A DNA stretch of 64,000 nt, from positions 3,638 through 67,637 of the forward strand of contig JAJYLW010000008.1 of NCBI GenBank assembly GCA_021787475.1, given 5' to 3'. Positions 62,335 through 64,000 of the stretch are shown here, piece after piece. The notes beneath the pieces are model-generated. The model had not been told where the DNA came from. It saw nothing but the letters and a program-made list of their open reading frames with translations, and ran no database searches. Source of the DNA: Actinomycetes bacterium. GTDB lineage: Bacteria > Actinomycetota > Thermoleophilia > BMS3ABIN01. Both the position numbers and the translations under genes were made by a program. Position 1 is the first letter of the stretch. Every line of letters begins with the position of its first letter.

Positions 62335-62661
62335 TGATGTTTCTTACCGGGCGAGGAAGGGCCAATATGGCTTGCTCATCCTCGAAAACAGCAGTCAATT
62401 GAGGGTCGTCACTTGCGAGTCGGGAAGGAAGATGCATTTCCAATTTCCCAAATCCGGGAATTCCCAAACACTTTGCGCCCGTGATGGCGACGTCCGTATC
62501 CATATTATAATATCCTATTAGCTCGATAAACTTTACGGCGGCGCGGCGGCGAATATGGTTGCATAATTGTGCAAGTTGGGAACCGGCACCTTGCGGGCAG
62601 GAGGGAACCGGCCGCGCGGCCACGTGTAAGCCGGCAAAGCCGCGGGTATATTTTTGGTTAA

Positions 62662-63159
62662 GTGGTCAAAATGGGGATTGCCGCCAGTATTAAATGCTAT
62701 CTTGACGAACAGGGGCTTCCATACGAAACCGTCAGGCACCGGCGGGTGCTCACCGGCGGCGATGAGGCCCGGGCTCTGGGGGTGGCGCCGGCGCAGGTGG
62801 CCAAGACGCTGCTGGTCAGATCACGGGGAGCCGATGCGCTCGTGGTTCTGCCGGCCTCGGTGCGGGTAGACATGCACAAATTGCGCGACGTCCTCGGCGA
62901 CAACCATGCCCGCCTGGCCAGCGAAGGTGAGATGCAGGCGGAGATGGCCGGGTTTGAGCTGGGCGCGGTGCCGCCGCTGGGTGAGCTGATCGGCGCCCGC
63001 GTTTACCTGGACGAGAAACTCGAGCAGATGGACGAGGTTGTCTTCTCAGGCGGCACGCACCAGGATTCGGTGAAGATGTCCGGGCAAGATTTCATCAAGC
63101 TCATTCATCCGCGGGTGGCCGACCTGGCCCTGGAACCCGGGGCGGAGCTGCTGTATTAG
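62662..63159 (+). CDS. YbaK/ProX-like aminoacyl-tRNA deacylase domain protein
   Basis: 165 aa. ...VAKTLLVRSRGADALVVLPASVRVDMHKL...GFELGAVPPLGELIGARVYLD... matches the YbaK/EbsC trans-editing fold pattern. Confidence 0.7.
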   Translation: MVKMGIAASIKCYLDEQGLPYETVRHRRVLTGGDEARALGVAPAQVAKTLLVRSRGADALVVLPASVRVDMHKLRDVLGDNHARLASEGEMQAEMAGFELGAVPPLGELIGARVYLDEKLEQMDEVVFSGGTHQDSVKMSGQDFIKLIHPRVADLALEPGAELLY

Positions 63160-64000
63160 GGCTGGAAGCCGGCGGCACAGATCGCTGTTTTATTGGGGCC
63201 GCCGGCGCACCACTTACAGCGGTAGGCGTCAAATTTCGGCAGCGGCGGGAAATCTTTCTTTGACATGCCGCCGATCAGTGCTTGGAGTTCGGTTTCCAGA
63301 GTTGCTGCCTGCCGGAAGGAATATTCCTGTTCGACCTGCTCGGGATCTTCGCCGCCGAGGTAAAGCAGGACGACCCTGACCGGGCCGCGGTTTAGGCGGG
63401 CGGCGGCAAGGGCGTAGGCAGCCGCCTGGTAACGGTAGCCGCCCGGACCGGCGGCTTCATGGCTACCGTCCCTGGCGCTGGTCTTGTAGTCAACTACCAG
63501 CGTGCTGGCGCCGCCTTTATTCTTCCCGCCAGGGCTCGGCGGGCAGACGGCGTCCATCTGCCCGCTTAGAATCGTCGTCTGCCCGATCAGGGTCGAGAAG
63601 GAGACCTCTGTTTTAAGCCGCGTTTTAAGCCGCGCTGAAGCAGCGGCGGCAATCAGCTCACCGGCGACCGGCGCCCGCAGGAAATTTGACAGCAGTTGCT
63701 GTACCCTTTCATGATCGGCGGGCGTCAGCTCAGCGCCGGGACCGAGCGCCTGCGCCGCGCGCTCGGCCAGCAATCCTTCCGGAAAAGGTCCGGCCTTGAG
63801 AAGCAGCAGGTCCTGCTCCAGCACCTTGTGAATCAGCGACCCAATTTCAGTATTTGAAAGCCGCTCTTTTGCCTCTGCCGCTGCGGCCGGTGTCTCCGGG
63901 AAGAGTTCCCCTGCCCGCAGAACGTTTTCCAACCAGTAGCGGCGCGGGCAGGCGGCATAGGCGTCCAGGGCGGTGGGAGTGATCGCCGGTGGAACGTGGA
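63156..64000 (-). CDS. RecB-family PD-(D/E)xK nuclease domain with an Fe-S Cys cluster (AddB/Cas4-like C-terminal domain); 5' end lies outside the window
   Basis: The frame is open to the window edge, giving ...TPTALDAYAACPRRYWLENVL... upstream of the listed start. It has VVDYKTS and a C-terminal CKWCAGGPNKTAIC. Confidence 0.6.
   Translation of the reverse strand, partial: HVPPAITPTALDAYAACPRRYWLENVLRAGELFPETPAAAAEAKERLSNTEIGSLIHKVLEQDLLLLKAGPFPEGLLAERAAQALGPGAELTPADHERVQQLLSNFLRAPVAGELIAAAASARLKTRLKTEVSFSTLIGQTTILSGQMDAVCPPSPGGKNKGGASTLVVDYKTSARDGSHEAAGPGGYRYQAAAYALAAARLNRGPVRVVLLYLGGEDPEQVEQEYSFRQAATLETELQALIGGMSKKDFPPLPKFDAYRCKWCAGGPNKTAICAAGFQP

Overview
GC-rich (~60%+) bacterial chromosome segment. 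Almost everything is on the minus strand. Three blocks.

Block 1 (1..~34.7 kb): the conserved core of the transcription-translation genome. Read on the minus strand from high to low coordinates the order is tRNA-Trp, secE, nusG, rplK, rplA, rplJ, rplL, an inserted secreted beta-helix protein gene, rpoB, rpoC, a lipoprotein gene, rpsL, rpsG, fusA, tuf, then the full S10-spc-alpha r-protein cluster (rpsJ through rplQ side: rpsJ, rplC, rplD, rplW, rplB, rpsS, rplV, rpsC, rplP, rpmC, rpsQ, rplN, rplX, rplE, rpsZ, rpsH, rplF, rplR, rpsE, rpmD, rplO, secY, adk, map, infA, rpmJ, rpsM, rpsK, rpsD, rpoA-partial). I found rpmJ and rpmG by hand translation; both are too short for the ORF track.

Block 2 (~34.7..38.0 kb): a low-GC ~3.3 kb islet between rpmG and a tRNA-Met/Thr/Tyr cluster. 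It encodes a Fic-domain protein, a DUF3024-like protein and a PD-(D/E)xK-like protein.

Block 3 (~38.6..64 kb): an accessory region. It has an O-methyltransferase, hydantoinase A/B, and a cell-envelope glycosylation-type locus (GT39 PMT-like, a GT-C membrane protein, a SAM methyltransferase, a Glf-like FAD oxidoreductase, GT4, a rhodanese lipoprotein, a frameshifted low-GC membrane protein, and an 804-aa BNR/Asp-box beta-propeller protein). It ends with a multisensor hybrid histidine kinase, a YbaK-like deacylase and a partial RecB-like nuclease domain.

Features worth a second look:
- Heptanucleotide-periodic tandem repeats in many intergenic spacers.
- A ~60-bp GC-rich intergenic repeat family, 4 copies.
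- A shared ~105-aa C-terminal domain ending in TYTYP on two secreted repeat proteins.
- A gene inserted between rplL and rpoB.
- Glu/Ala/Lys-rich low-complexity insertions in L3 and L4, plus an acidic C-terminal tail on rpoB.
- A probable frameshift at an A7 tract.

No CRISPR array, IS element or integrase gene was seen.
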